From an uncultured Eubacteriales bacterium (GTDB taxonomy: Bacteria; Bacillota; Clostridia; Christensenellales; Pumilibacteraceae): a stretch of 55,146 nucleotides of DNA. Shown one piece after another: positions 8,421 through 16,577 of the stretch; the first letter of the stretch is position 1, and each line of letters starts with the position of its first letter. The stretch lies in contig CACZPH010000048.1 of NCBI GenBank assembly GCA_902783025.1, positions 1 through 55,146 on the forward strand, in the 5' to 3' direction. Made by a program: the position numbers and the translations under genes. Under the pieces are notes generated by a model, which had not been told where the DNA came from, ran no database searches, and saw only the letters and a list, made by a program, of their open reading frames with translations.

Positions 8421-9797
8421 ATGAAACACACGGACGTAAAGCAGATTTTTGCGCAGCCGGACGAGTTTTGCGGCAAACAGATTACCGTTTGCGGCTGGGT
8501 TCGCACGGCGCGAGACTCCAAGAGCGTAGCTTTTATCGAACTCAACGACGGCACTTCTTTTAAGAACCTTCAGCTCGTGTTCGACAAAGAAAAAGTAAAC
8601 GAAAACGATATCAGGACCGTTTCCGTCGTAGGCGCGGCGATCAAAGCCAAAGGCGAAGTCGTAAAGTCGGAAAAGAACGGCTGCGAACTCAACGTAAACG
8701 AAATCACCCTTCTCGGCGAATGCCCCGGCGACTATCCGCTCCAAAAAAAGCGCCACACGCTCGAATTTTTGCGGACTATCCCGCATTTGCGCGTACGTAC
8801 CCGCTATTTCGAGGCGCTGTTTGCCGTGCGCGATCAGCTTTCGCACGCTATTCACGGGTATTTCCACCGCAACGGATACAAGTACGTTCACGCTCCCATC
8901 ATCACGGGAAGCGACTGCGAGGGCGCGGGCGAAATGTTCAGAGTTACCACCCAGCCGTGGGACGCCAAGGCGAAGACGGAAGACGAATACTACGCTTCGG
9001 ACTTCTTCGGCAAAAAAGCCGGACTTACCGTTTCGGCGCAGCTCGAGGGCGAAATGGCGGCTATGGGACTGGGAAGAATATATACCTTCGGACCGACCTT
9101 CAGGGCCGAACACAGCAACACAACCCGCCACGCGGCGGAATTCTGGCAGATAGAGCCGGAAGTTTGCTTTGCCGATATCGACGACATTATCGAGATAGCC
9201 GAGGACTTTATCAAGTCGATAATATCCGACGTTCTCAAAAACTGTCCGGACGAAATAGACTTTTTCAACACCTGGGTGGCTCCGGGAGTCAAGGACAGGC
9301 TCACGGATGTTCTTAAGCACAATTTCGGCAGAATCGACTACACCGAAGCGATCGAAATACTCAAAAAGAGCGGCAAGGAATTCAAGTATCCGGTGGAATG
9401 GGGTTGCGATCTTCAGACCGAACACGAAAGATACCTTACCGACGAATATTTCAAAAAGCCGGTTTTCGTAGTCAACTATCCCGCCGACATCAAGGCTTTC
9501 TATATGAAACAAAACCCCGACGGAAAGACCGTCGCCGCGACCGACCTGCTCGTTCCGGGAGTCGGCGAAATAATAGGCTGCAGCGAGAGAGAAGCGGATC
9601 TTGAAAAGCTCAAAGCCGCTATGCTCAAGCGCAATATGCCGCTCGAGGCGTACACGCAGTATCTCGACACCCGTAAATTCGGCTCCGTTCCGCACAGCGG
9701 TTTCGGACTCGGATTCGAGCGCGCGATCATGTATATCACGGGAATAGCGAACATAAGAGACACGCTTCTTTTCCCGCGCACAGTCGAAAACCTGTAA
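8421..9797 (+). CDS. asnS: Asparagine--tRNA ligase
   Basis: Has an OB-fold N-terminus and class IIb motifs (FRAEHSNTTRHAAEFWQIEPE, GFGLGFER). I trimmed the start to ATG 8421, preceded by GGAGGA. Confidence 0.92.
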   Translation: MKHTDVKQIFAQPDEFCGKQITVCGWVRTARDSKSVAFIELNDGTSFKNLQLVFDKEKVNENDIRTVSVVGAAIKAKGEVVKSEKNGCELNVNEITLLGECPGDYPLQKKRHTLEFLRTIPHLRVRTRYFEALFAVRDQLSHAIHGYFHRNGYKYVHAPIITGSDCEGAGEMFRVTTQPWDAKAKTEDEYYASDFFGKKAGLTVSAQLEGEMAAMGLGRIYTFGPTFRAEHSNTTRHAAEFWQIEPEVCFADIDDIIEIAEDFIKSIISDVLKNCPDEIDFFNTWVAPGVKDRLTDVLKHNFGRIDYTEAIEILKKSGKEFKYPVEWGCDLQTEHERYLTDEYFKKPVFVVNYPADIKAFYMKQNPDGKTVAATDLLVPGVGEIIGCSEREADLEKLKAAMLKRNMPLEAYTQYLDTRKFGSVPHSGFGLGFERAIMYITGIANIRDTLLFPRTVENL

Positions 9798-9809
9798 GAG
9801 GAAACCAAA

Positions 9810-11144
9810 ATGGAAAGAACGCTTATAAGAGACGTAAAAGAAAACTTCGGCAAGGAGATACTTCTCCGCGGTTTCGTGGAGAATTTCCGTAACGGCAAGA
9901 GCATGGCGTTTATCGTCATGAAGGACATCACCGGCAAGATACAGGTGACCGTCGAGAAAGAAAAACTGCCTTCTCTCGTGCCCGTACTCGACTCGATTAC
10001 GCCCGACTCGGTAATATCGGTAGTCGGCGTCGCTCAGCCGAGCGAATACGTAAAACTCAACGGCATGGAAGTTTATCCCACTGCAATTACCGTCGATTCG
10101 GTAGCGGAGGCTTTGCCGATCGTCAGGGAAGAGATCCCCGCGACCAAAAAATACCCGGCTGTCGAAAAATCCGCGCTCGATTCGCGCCTCGACTACCGCT
10201 GGATAGACCTTCGCACGGACAAAAACCAGCTTATGTTCAAGGTCCAGACCGCGCTCGTCGCCGCAATGCGCGAGTACCTTCTGGAGCGCGACTTTATCGA
10301 GATACACACGCCCAAACTTATCGGCGCGGCGAGCGAAAGCGGCTCGGAAGTCTTCGAGGTCGAATACTTCGATCGCAAGGCGTACTTGGCGCAAAGCCCG
10401 CAGTTCTACAAGCAAATGGCTATGGCGGCGGGATTCGACAGGATATTCGAAGTGGGTCCCGTTTTCCGCGCGGAGAAATCTTACACGAGCAAACACACCA
10501 CCGAATTTACCTGCTTCGACCTTGAGTTCAGCTACGTAAACTCGGTCTACGACGTAATGAAAATGGAAGAAAACCTGCTTACGTATGCGCTTAAAAAGGT
10601 AAACGACAAGTACGGCGAGCAGATAAAAGAAGCCTACGGAAAGGAACTCGTCGTTCCCTCTCAGCCCTTCCCGATCGTCAAGCTTGCCGACCTTTACGAC
10701 GCGCTCGAAAAGGAATACGGCTACACCGTTCCCGCGGAAGAGAAAGGCGACCTTACAACCGACGCGGAGCGGCTGAGCTACGATTACGCGATGAAACATT
10801 TCGGCAGCGAATTCCTCTTCGTTACCGATTACGACGCCAAGAAGCGCGCGTTCTATCATATGCGCGACGAAAAGGGCGTTCCGCAAGGCTACGATCTTAT
10901 CTGGCGCGGCGTTGAGATAACCACCGGCGCACAGCGCGAACACCGCTACGACAGACTCAAGGCGCAAGCCGACGAAAAAGGTCTTACCAACGACGTAAAG
11001 TTCTATCTCGAATTTTTCAAGTACGGCTGCCCGCCCCACGGCGGTTTCGGTCTTGGAATAGACAGGCTTACGATGCTTATTACCGGAATGCATATCAACG
11101 AGGCAATGTTTATTTTCCGCTCGCCCAAGCGCCTCAACCCATAA
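9810..11144 (+). CDS. aspS: Aspartate--tRNA ligase, short archaeal/type-2 form (discriminating status unknown)
   Basis: 444 aa. Class IIb motifs FRAEKSYTSKHTTEFTCFDLE and GGFGLGIDRL. It lacks the large insertion of bacterial-type AspRS. Confidence 0.85.
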   Translation: MERTLIRDVKENFGKEILLRGFVENFRNGKSMAFIVMKDITGKIQVTVEKEKLPSLVPVLDSITPDSVISVVGVAQPSEYVKLNGMEVYPTAITVDSVAEALPIVREEIPATKKYPAVEKSALDSRLDYRWIDLRTDKNQLMFKVQTALVAAMREYLLERDFIEIHTPKLIGAASESGSEVFEVEYFDRKAYLAQSPQFYKQMAMAAGFDRIFEVGPVFRAEKSYTSKHTTEFTCFDLEFSYVNSVYDVMKMEENLLTYALKKVNDKYGEQIKEAYGKELVVPSQPFPIVKLADLYDALEKEYGYTVPAEEKGDLTTDAERLSYDYAMKHFGSEFLFVTDYDAKKRAFYHMRDEKGVPQGYDLIWRGVEITTGAQREHRYDRLKAQADEKGLTNDVKFYLEFFKYGCPPHGGFGLGIDRLTMLITGMHINEAMFIFRSPKRLNP

Positions 11145-11176
11145 ACAAAGGCGAACAAAACTTTAAAAACGGTACG

Positions 11177-11204
11177 AAAAACCGGCGCAAAAGCGTCGGT
11201 TTTT
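11177..11204 (+). terminator. Rho-independent terminator after aspS
   Basis: AAAAACCGGCGC / AAAA loop / GCGTCGGTTTTT (one G-U pair). Confidence 0.7.
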
Positions 11205-11294
11205 GTCAAATTACGGCATACGTATTGAGTTTTTTGCTTTGTAAGAGCGCAAGCGGTTTTACAAAAACTCCGTGAGGCTCCTTGATGTGCGGTT

Positions 11295-11720
11295 TTAATC
11301 TTGTTTCAAAAAAGCGAGTTCCTGCTTGTACCTTTCCGCTCTTTCGTAGTCTTCTTCGGTTGGGTTTGGTATGCGGCTGAGATCGCTATTGTGCTTTAAG
11401 TCTTCTGTTTTTACGCGCCGCGCTATACGGTTGCGTTTTACTCTTTGTATATAACCCCAACGCGCCGTCTTCTCTTCTTTGCGCATTGTTATCGCGTCCA
11501 CCGCCTCGACGATACGCTCGGGAAAATATTTTCGCAAATCGTCGAGCGTGATCGCCGTATCTTCGACTACGTCGTGCAAAAGCGCGACCGTTTTTTCTTC
11601 GTTTGTCTTACAATGCAGCGCAACGGTAATCGGGTGCAAAACATAATCGTTACCGCCTCGGTCTTTTGCTCCTTTGTGCGCCGCCGTCGCAATTTCCAAC
11701 GCCTTACCGATAAGATCCAT
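11295..11720 (-). CDS. HD-domain protein, RelA/SpoT-hydrolase-like (small alarmone hydrolase-like)
   Basis: AHKGAKDRGGNDYVLHPITVA followed by LLHDVVEDT matches the HD (p)ppGpp-hydrolase motif pattern. The start was set at ATG 11718-11720, which has AGAGGTG upstream. Confidence 0.7.
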   Translation of the reverse strand: MDLIGKALEIATAAHKGAKDRGGNDYVLHPITVALHCKTNEEKTVALLHDVVEDTAITLDDLRKYFPERIVEAVDAITMRKEEKTARWGYIQRVKRNRIARRVKTEDLKHNSDLSRIPNPTEEDYERAERYKQELAFLKQD

Positions 11721-11742
11721 TGTTGACACCTCTTTGTCGTTT

Positions 11743-11904
11743 TCAGTCGTCATCGTCGTCAAACATTCTGTCGACGGCTTCCGCTTGCTCTTCTTTCGTC
11801 ATCTCCTCAAAGGGTACGTAGTTCGGATCTATCGCGGCTAACTCATAATCAATATCTTTCCACACGTACTTTTCTTTTCCCCCTTGCTTTTCTTTTTGTT
11901 CCAT
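11743..11904 (-). CDS. Small acidic hypothetical protein (53 aa) ending in DDDDD
   Basis: ATG 11902-11904 is preceded by AGAGGTG. The gene lies 22 nt upstream of the HD gene on the same strand. Confidence 0.5.
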   Translation of the reverse strand: MEQKEKQGGKEKYVWKDIDYELAAIDPNYVPFEEMTKEEQAEAVDRMFDDDDD

Positions 11905-11994
11905 ATTTACACCTCTCTTATATGTTTGTTGACTTGCCAAATCAAGCCACGGTTATATTATAACGCGAAAAAAGAGAAAAAGGTCTGCCGCCGA

Positions 11995-12023
11995 TTGACT
12001 TTTTGAATAATGTGAAATATAAT
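11995..12023 (+). promoter_or_regulatory. Sigma-A type promoter of the HTH gene
   Basis: TTGACT (11995-12000), 17-nt spacer, TATAAT (12018-12023). GGAG at 12031, GTG start at 12041. Confidence 0.65.
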
Positions 12024-12040
12024 AAAAAAAGGAGAAAACC

Positions 12041-12427
12041 GTGGAAACGCTCGAGCAATTTATCGCAAAACACCGTAAAAGTGACGAAAAGCGATCGGAT
12101 TTTGCCGAATACCTATATTCGCTCATGTCCGCGCGCGGGATCGACAAGCCGTCGCAAGTCTATCTCAAGGCAAATATTACCAAGCAGGCGTGGTCCGCCA
12201 TCATTGCCGGTAAAGTTTCGCCGTCTCTAAACACCTGCGTAAAGCTCGCCTTTGCTCTGAAGACGACTAATCACGAGTGTAAATATTTGTTCAAAAAAGC
12301 CGGCTATACTTTGGCGTCGTCGTCCGAGTACGCGCTTATAATAAGATACTGTATCGAAAACGGCATTTACGATATATACGCTCTAAACGACTATCTCGAA
12401 AAATACGGTTACGCTCCGATCGTATAA
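12041..12427 (+). CDS. XRE-like helix-turn-helix protein
   Basis: 128 aa. HTH-like segment SQVYLKANITKQAWSAIIAGKVSPSLNTCVKLAFAL. GTG start with a GGAG RBS. Confidence 0.6.
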   Translation: METLEQFIAKHRKSDEKRSDFAEYLYSLMSARGIDKPSQVYLKANITKQAWSAIIAGKVSPSLNTCVKLAFALKTTNHECKYLFKKAGYTLASSSEYALIIRYCIENGIYDIYALNDYLEKYGYAPIV

Positions 12428-12532
12428 CGAGGCAAAACCGGGCGAAAAACCAAATAATCAAGCGCGTCCGGCGCCGATAGCAAAAGGAAATTATCGCAAA
12501 AATAAAGCGAGCGAAAAAGTCTTATATTACAA

Positions 12533-12565
12533 AATCCCTCTTTCCGGATTAAAGAAAGAGGGATT
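12533..12565. terminator. Bidirectional terminator between convergent genes
   Basis: Perfect 12-bp stem AATCCCTCTTTC / GAAAGAGGGATT. Confidence 0.7.
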
Positions 12566-12635
12566 ATTGCGTTTTTGTTTCGTTTTTCGGAAACTTTAAC
12601 GGAAAAACACCGCAAAAATTTACGAAAATCCAACC

Positions 12636-14762
12636 TTATTTGTTTTTGCAAATTCCGCTGTCGGCAAGCAGAGCGATAAACAATCCGCCCTGAACGGTAC
12701 GGTTCTTAAAGCCGGAAAGTCTGCCCCACTTGTTGAGCTGACCTTTGATCTTGCCGGTGTCGGTGTAGTACCAGTCGGTGAAGGGGTAGCGCGACGGGCT
12801 TTCGCGGAGGAATTTCGCGACGGGAGCGATGAGGGCCTTACGCTTTTCGATATCCGAGGTAAGCACGGTCGACCACAGGATCCAGTCGGACTTGGTGTAA
12901 GTCGAGCGCGAATCGAGCGGCACGCCGTATTCGTTCTGGATAGCGATATAACGGTCGACTTCCTTCTCTCTTACGTCTTCGTCAAACAGTCCGGAGCCGA
13001 AAATAACGTCGAACGCCATATTGTATTTGAGCGAGAACGAATCGTTTTCGTCGTCGAACACGAGCGGCGTTTTCTTGCCGTCGAAGCACATTTGCTTCCA
13101 TTTCTTCGCGTACTCTCTTGCCTTGGCGTGCATTTCGGCGGCTTCCTTGTCGAATCCGAGTTTGTCCGCGACGATAGCGTACGACTCGATGCCGACGATA
13201 GCCTTTACCGAAAGGTTGATATTTTTGTCAAGGTGGCCGGCAAAGTCGTCGGTGCAAAGCTGATCGCCCGGCATAAGACCGTACTTAATGAGGTATTTTA
13301 CCCACTGAGTCAGCAGATCCCAGTTGTCCTTAGCCATCTTCTTGTTGCCGTCGGCAAGCAGCGCCGCCGCAACCATAACGAGCATATTGCCGCACTCTTC
13401 GACGGGCATTTGCTTTTCGAACAAATACAGATCCTTGTCGGGGAAGGTGTAGTACATCGGATATGTGGTCGCCCAGTCGGTTTCGCCCTCGTGTCTGGGG
13501 AAAAGTCCGCCGTCCGTGCAAGCCTCCGTCGATTCGTTGCCGCGGTATTTTACGCCGTAAACCTGTCCGAGGCAGTACGGATACGTTCCCACGTCGTGGG
13601 GCGCGAAGTCGTAATTCCATACGGGCATACGCGCGAACTTGAAGATAGGCTCGCACATTGCGCGTACGAGCGCGGGGTTGAAGAGCAGGAACAGCGGGAT
13701 GGACGGATAACTTACGTCGACCGTACCGATACAGCCGTTGGAGTGGTCTTCTTTAGAAAGGAACAGCAAATTGCCTTTGCGGTCGCGGACGAGTTTGTGA
13801 GCGCCGACCGCTTGGCGAAGTCCGGCGTAAAGCACGGTCAGATAATCTTCGCCGTAAGGTTTAGCGAGTTTTTTGAGTTTACGATCGAAGCTTTCGCACT
13901 TGGCGAAGATCTTGTCGCTGTTTGCGATCGACTCTTCGATAGCCTGAACTATATTCTTTTCGGTCTTGTCGAAGTAGTAGCCCTTGAGCCAGTCGCCGAA
14001 GTAGAAAATCGAACACGTATCGTCGAAACTTACCGTCATAAGCCCGCTTACCGCGTTCTTAAGGTCGTCGTATTCGTCAAAGGCGACGATGAGTTTGTTT
14101 TGTTTTACGTCATACCCAAAGCCCAGATCCGCGCCCGCCACGAAGCGATCGAACACGTGCTGGGATACGGAAAGAGCCTTTTTGCCGGTAACGTACCAGT
14201 AGCCCCACTCCGCCGCGCTGTCGTCGTACGACTGCGACATAACGAGTTGTTTTTTAAGACCGAACCACGCCGCTTCGGTGCCGTCGCCGAGAACGTGCTT
14301 GCCGCCGCGGGTCTCGAATCTGTACTTGTCGTAGCAAAGATTTTCGTGCAAAAAGAGCGCGACGGTCGTTTTGCCGAGAGGCTTTTTGGGTTTTAGAGTA
14401 TATCTGAAAAAGCAAACGGGACATGAGAGCAATTCCAGGTCGTCGGGATTAAGCGGCGACGTAAAGGTAACGTCGAGATCGAAGTCGTCGCAGCTAAAGC
14501 CGTATTTGGTGTCGAACGCCGTTACGTCTACGTAAGTCTGCTCCAGTTTTGCGGCTTTCGGAACGCTGCCCATAAAGACGTAAGTTTTTTCGCCCGTCTT
14601 TACGAGGCCGTAAACTTTCTTGGGTGCGCCCGTCCAGAACATCGTATCGTCTTCGTTAAGTTTGTCGCTGCCCGACCATATCGAGAAGAACGGGTCTTTT
14701 ACGAAAAGCGGATACGCGGGCAAGATTCTGCCCGTTTTGTTTTTCGAATTGAATTTTAGCAT
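12636..14762 (-). CDS. Glutaminase-A-like (DUF4965/DUF1793-type) glycoside-hydrolase-like protein
   Basis: 708 aa. The N-terminal PAYPLFVKDPFFSIWS motif and the overall length fit this family as I recall it. The start was set at ATG 14760-14762, with GGAGGA 6 nt upstream. Confidence 0.55.
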   Translation of the reverse strand: MLKFNSKNKTGRILPAYPLFVKDPFFSIWSGSDKLNEDDTMFWTGAPKKVYGLVKTGEKTYVFMGSVPKAAKLEQTYVDVTAFDTKYGFSCDDFDLDVTFTSPLNPDDLELLSCPVCFFRYTLKPKKPLGKTTVALFLHENLCYDKYRFETRGGKHVLGDGTEAAWFGLKKQLVMSQSYDDSAAEWGYWYVTGKKALSVSQHVFDRFVAGADLGFGYDVKQNKLIVAFDEYDDLKNAVSGLMTVSFDDTCSIFYFGDWLKGYYFDKTEKNIVQAIEESIANSDKIFAKCESFDRKLKKLAKPYGEDYLTVLYAGLRQAVGAHKLVRDRKGNLLFLSKEDHSNGCIGTVDVSYPSIPLFLLFNPALVRAMCEPIFKFARMPVWNYDFAPHDVGTYPYCLGQVYGVKYRGNESTEACTDGGLFPRHEGETDWATTYPMYYTFPDKDLYLFEKQMPVEECGNMLVMVAAALLADGNKKMAKDNWDLLTQWVKYLIKYGLMPGDQLCTDDFAGHLDKNINLSVKAIVGIESYAIVADKLGFDKEAAEMHAKAREYAKKWKQMCFDGKKTPLVFDDENDSFSLKYNMAFDVIFGSGLFDEDVREKEVDRYIAIQNEYGVPLDSRSTYTKSDWILWSTVLTSDIEKRKALIAPVAKFLRESPSRYPFTDWYYTDTGKIKGQLNKWGRLSGFKNRTVQGGLFIALLADSGICKNK

Positions 14763-14968
14763 TTTTTCCTCCATAATTTTTGGTATTTTTATTATACTAT
14801 ATATGCGGAGCGCTTTGCAATGAATTTTACTCAATTACTGAAAATTCGGTTGATTTTTTATTAAGGCGTCGACAAAACAAAAAGTTTATTTTTTTAAGCA
14901 AAAACGCGCTTTAACCGACAACATTTCGGCTTTTTTTGATAATTTCGAAAAAAATCCGAAAAAAATAA

Positions 14969-14997
14969 TTGACATATCCTATTTTATATTTTATAAT
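14969..14997 (+). promoter_or_regulatory. Sigma-A type promoter of the AraC-family gene
   Basis: TTGACA (14969-14974), 17-nt spacer, TATAAT (14992-14997). Confidence 0.65.
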
Positions 14998-15024
14998 GAG
15001 AAAAAAGCAATCGGGGAGGTAATT

Positions 15025-15843
15025 ATGCTTACGGTCACCAAAGTCCGCCATTCGTGGCCAGAAAAGAAAGGCTTTATGCTCAGCCGCAGGAACAACAACG
15101 GCGATTATATCTTTTTGCATTTTCACCAGCAGGTCCGGTTTACGCTCAACGGCAAAACCGTCGACACAAAACCCAACGCCGTCGTAATTATCAACAAGAA
15201 CACGTCCAACGTTATCGATTGCGCCAAGTGCGATCTGACTCACGATTTTATCCATATCCAGGGGAACGTCGAAGGAGTATTGTCTCTTTACGGACTAAAG
15301 ACAGATATTATTTATTACCCGTGTAATTGCGGTTTTATCACGGATATAGTAAGAAACATCGAAGGGGAAAACTTCGAGAACGAAAAGTTTAACGATACGC
15401 TTATCGATAATTATCTCAATATTTTATTTGCTCTTTTGGCGCGTAACATCGGCAAAAAACCCGAAGGCTTCGTCGTCGACTATAAGACGGAAACCGCCTT
15501 TAAGAATTTGCGCATAATGGTGTTTTCGCATCTCGAGCGCGATTGGCCGATATCGAGCATGGCGGAGATCGTAAACTTAAGCGAGTCGAGATTTTACGTG
15601 ATTTACAAAGCGGTGTTCAAGACTACGCCCAATCAAGATCTTATCGTCGCGCGAATGGATTACGCGAAACAGCTTTTGTCCCAGAACAAAAACATCGCTA
15701 TTTTCGACGTTGCGCAAGAATGCGGTTATGCCAACGAATTTCACTTTATCAGGATATTTAAGAAGAACGTCGGCGTTACGCCCAAAAAGTACGCTATGAT
15801 GCAATGGGCGAATCCGGAGAAGGACAAGCCGAACAGGAAGTAA
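15025..15843 (+). CDS. AraC-family transcriptional regulator
   Basis: N-terminal cupin-like domain and a C-terminal double HTH (ISSMAEIVNLSESRFYVIYKAVF...IFDVAQECGYANEFHFIRIFKKNVGVTPKKY). Confidence 0.85.
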   Translation: MLTVTKVRHSWPEKKGFMLSRRNNNGDYIFLHFHQQVRFTLNGKTVDTKPNAVVIINKNTSNVIDCAKCDLTHDFIHIQGNVEGVLSLYGLKTDIIYYPCNCGFITDIVRNIEGENFENEKFNDTLIDNYLNILFALLARNIGKKPEGFVVDYKTETAFKNLRIMVFSHLERDWPISSMAEIVNLSESRFYVIYKAVFKTTPNQDLIVARMDYAKQLLSQNKNIAIFDVAQECGYANEFHFIRIFKKNVGVTPKKYAMMQWANPEKDKPNRK

Positions 15844-15867
15844 GAACTTTTGTCAACAGATATTTTT

Positions 15868-15893
15868 TCCGCCGCCGAGCGCGGCGGATTTTC
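15868..15893 (+). terminator. Rho-independent terminator after the AraC gene
   Basis: TCCGCCGC / loop / GCGGCGGA followed by TTTTC. Confidence 0.65.
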
Positions 15894-16243
15894 TTATAAA
15901 TATAGTTATATAAACATACCTAATACAACAAAAAACCCCAAAAACTCTCGTAGTTATATTTTCATAACCAATAAAAAGGCTGTTTTTCGGGTATAACTCA
16001 CTATTCATATAAAAAATAAATAGTTATGAAAACAAAACTATCGTAATTTTTAATAAAATTTGCTTTGAGCGCAAACGGCATTTTATAAATGTCGTAAATA
16101 TATTGCAAAAGCGCATAAACCTTGCCTCCGGATCGCCGCTTGTTTTTTAATTATTCCCTGATTGTGTTTTGCCTGACCGTCGATCGCGATGATCATGGAA
16201 TTCGACGGTTCCGTTTTTCGGTTGTTGACGAAACAGGCAAAAA

Positions 16244-16259
16244 AGTTTCACGTGAAACA
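16244..16259. promoter_or_regulatory. parS centromere-like site 1
   Basis: AGTTTCACGTGAAACA matches the Firmicute parS consensus TGTTNCACGTGAAACA at 15 of 16 positions. Confidence 0.8.
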
Positions 16260-16288
16260 CGATTTTTAACGGGTAAATCGGGTCGGAT

Positions 16289-16304
16289 TGTTTCACGTGA
16301 AACG
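16289..16304. promoter_or_regulatory. parS centromere-like site 2
   Basis: TGTTTCACGTGAAACG matches the consensus at 15 of 16 positions. It lies 45 bp from site 1. Confidence 0.8.
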
Positions 16305-16339
16305 GCGTTTAACGGCTTGTTTTTCCGCTTAAAAAGTAC

Positions 16340-16396
16340 CGTGGATAAATCGGCGAAAAGTGGATAAAACCGTGGATAACCCGTTATTTATCCGAA
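16340..16396. promoter_or_regulatory. Cluster of DnaA-box-like sites
   Basis: cGTGGATAA (16340-16348), aGTGGATAA (16359-16367) and cGTGGATAA (16371-16379) share one orientation and each match TGTGGATAA at 8/9. An opposing weaker TTATCCgAA lies at 16388-16396. Confidence 0.6.
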
Positions 16397-16402
16397 AAAA
16401 AG

Positions 16403-16455
16403 CCCTAAAACAGGGCTAAAACGGGGCTAAAACGCGGGTTTTGGACGGGTTTTAG
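16403..16455. repeat. Phased A-tract / T-tract repeats with an 11-bp period
   Basis: CTAAAAC occurs at 16405, 16416 and 16427, then GGGTTTT at 16436 and 16447. GTTTTAG (16449-16455) is the reverse complement of CTAAAAC. Confidence 0.6.
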
Positions 16456-16469
16456 TAATAATAAAAGAA

Positions 16470-16497
16470 AAAACCTCGGAAAAAAATCCGAGGTTTT
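16470..16497. terminator. Bidirectional terminator downstream of parB
   Basis: Perfect 11-bp stem AAAACCTCGGA / TCCGAGGTTTT with an A6 loop. Confidence 0.75.
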
Positions 16498-16577
16498 TTG
16501 AAATTTGATTGATTTATTTCGAAAAATACGATTTTAGACGGACGCTTTAAGCAAAAAGCGAATAATGCACGGGCGCG

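Noticed and set aside
8220-11093. 957-aa ORF on the minus strand spanning asnS and aspS
   Set aside because: It runs antisense to two genes with unmistakable aaRS motifs. Its product is low-complexity (R/V/F/A/G-rich) with no recognisable domain and no RBS. This is the typical shadow ORF produced by codon bias.
11953-12651. Short ORFs 11953-12147, 12003-12230 and 12409-12651
   Set aside because: They overlap the promoter, the HTH gene or the convergent terminator region. They lack RBSs and recognisable motifs.
13092-14396. 434-aa plus-strand ORF
   Set aside because: It is antisense to the 708-aa glutaminase-like gene. It has no RBS and a shadow-ORF composition.
14911-15255. 114-aa minus-strand ORF overlapping the AraC promoter and 5' end
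   Set aside because: It is antisense to the AraC gene start and to its consensus promoter, and it has no RBS.
16122-16367. 81-aa ORF in the parB-downstream spacer
   Set aside because: Its reading frame is built from the two parS palindromes and the DnaA boxes (hence the repeated SRET peptide). It has no RBS, so the DNA sites explain the sequence better.
16403-16455. Possible CRISPR-like or tandem-repeat array (GGCTAAAAC x3)
   Set aside because: The units are only 11 bp long with no spacers, and no cas genes are present. I interpret them as phased A-tracts. No CRISPR array was seen anywhere in the window.
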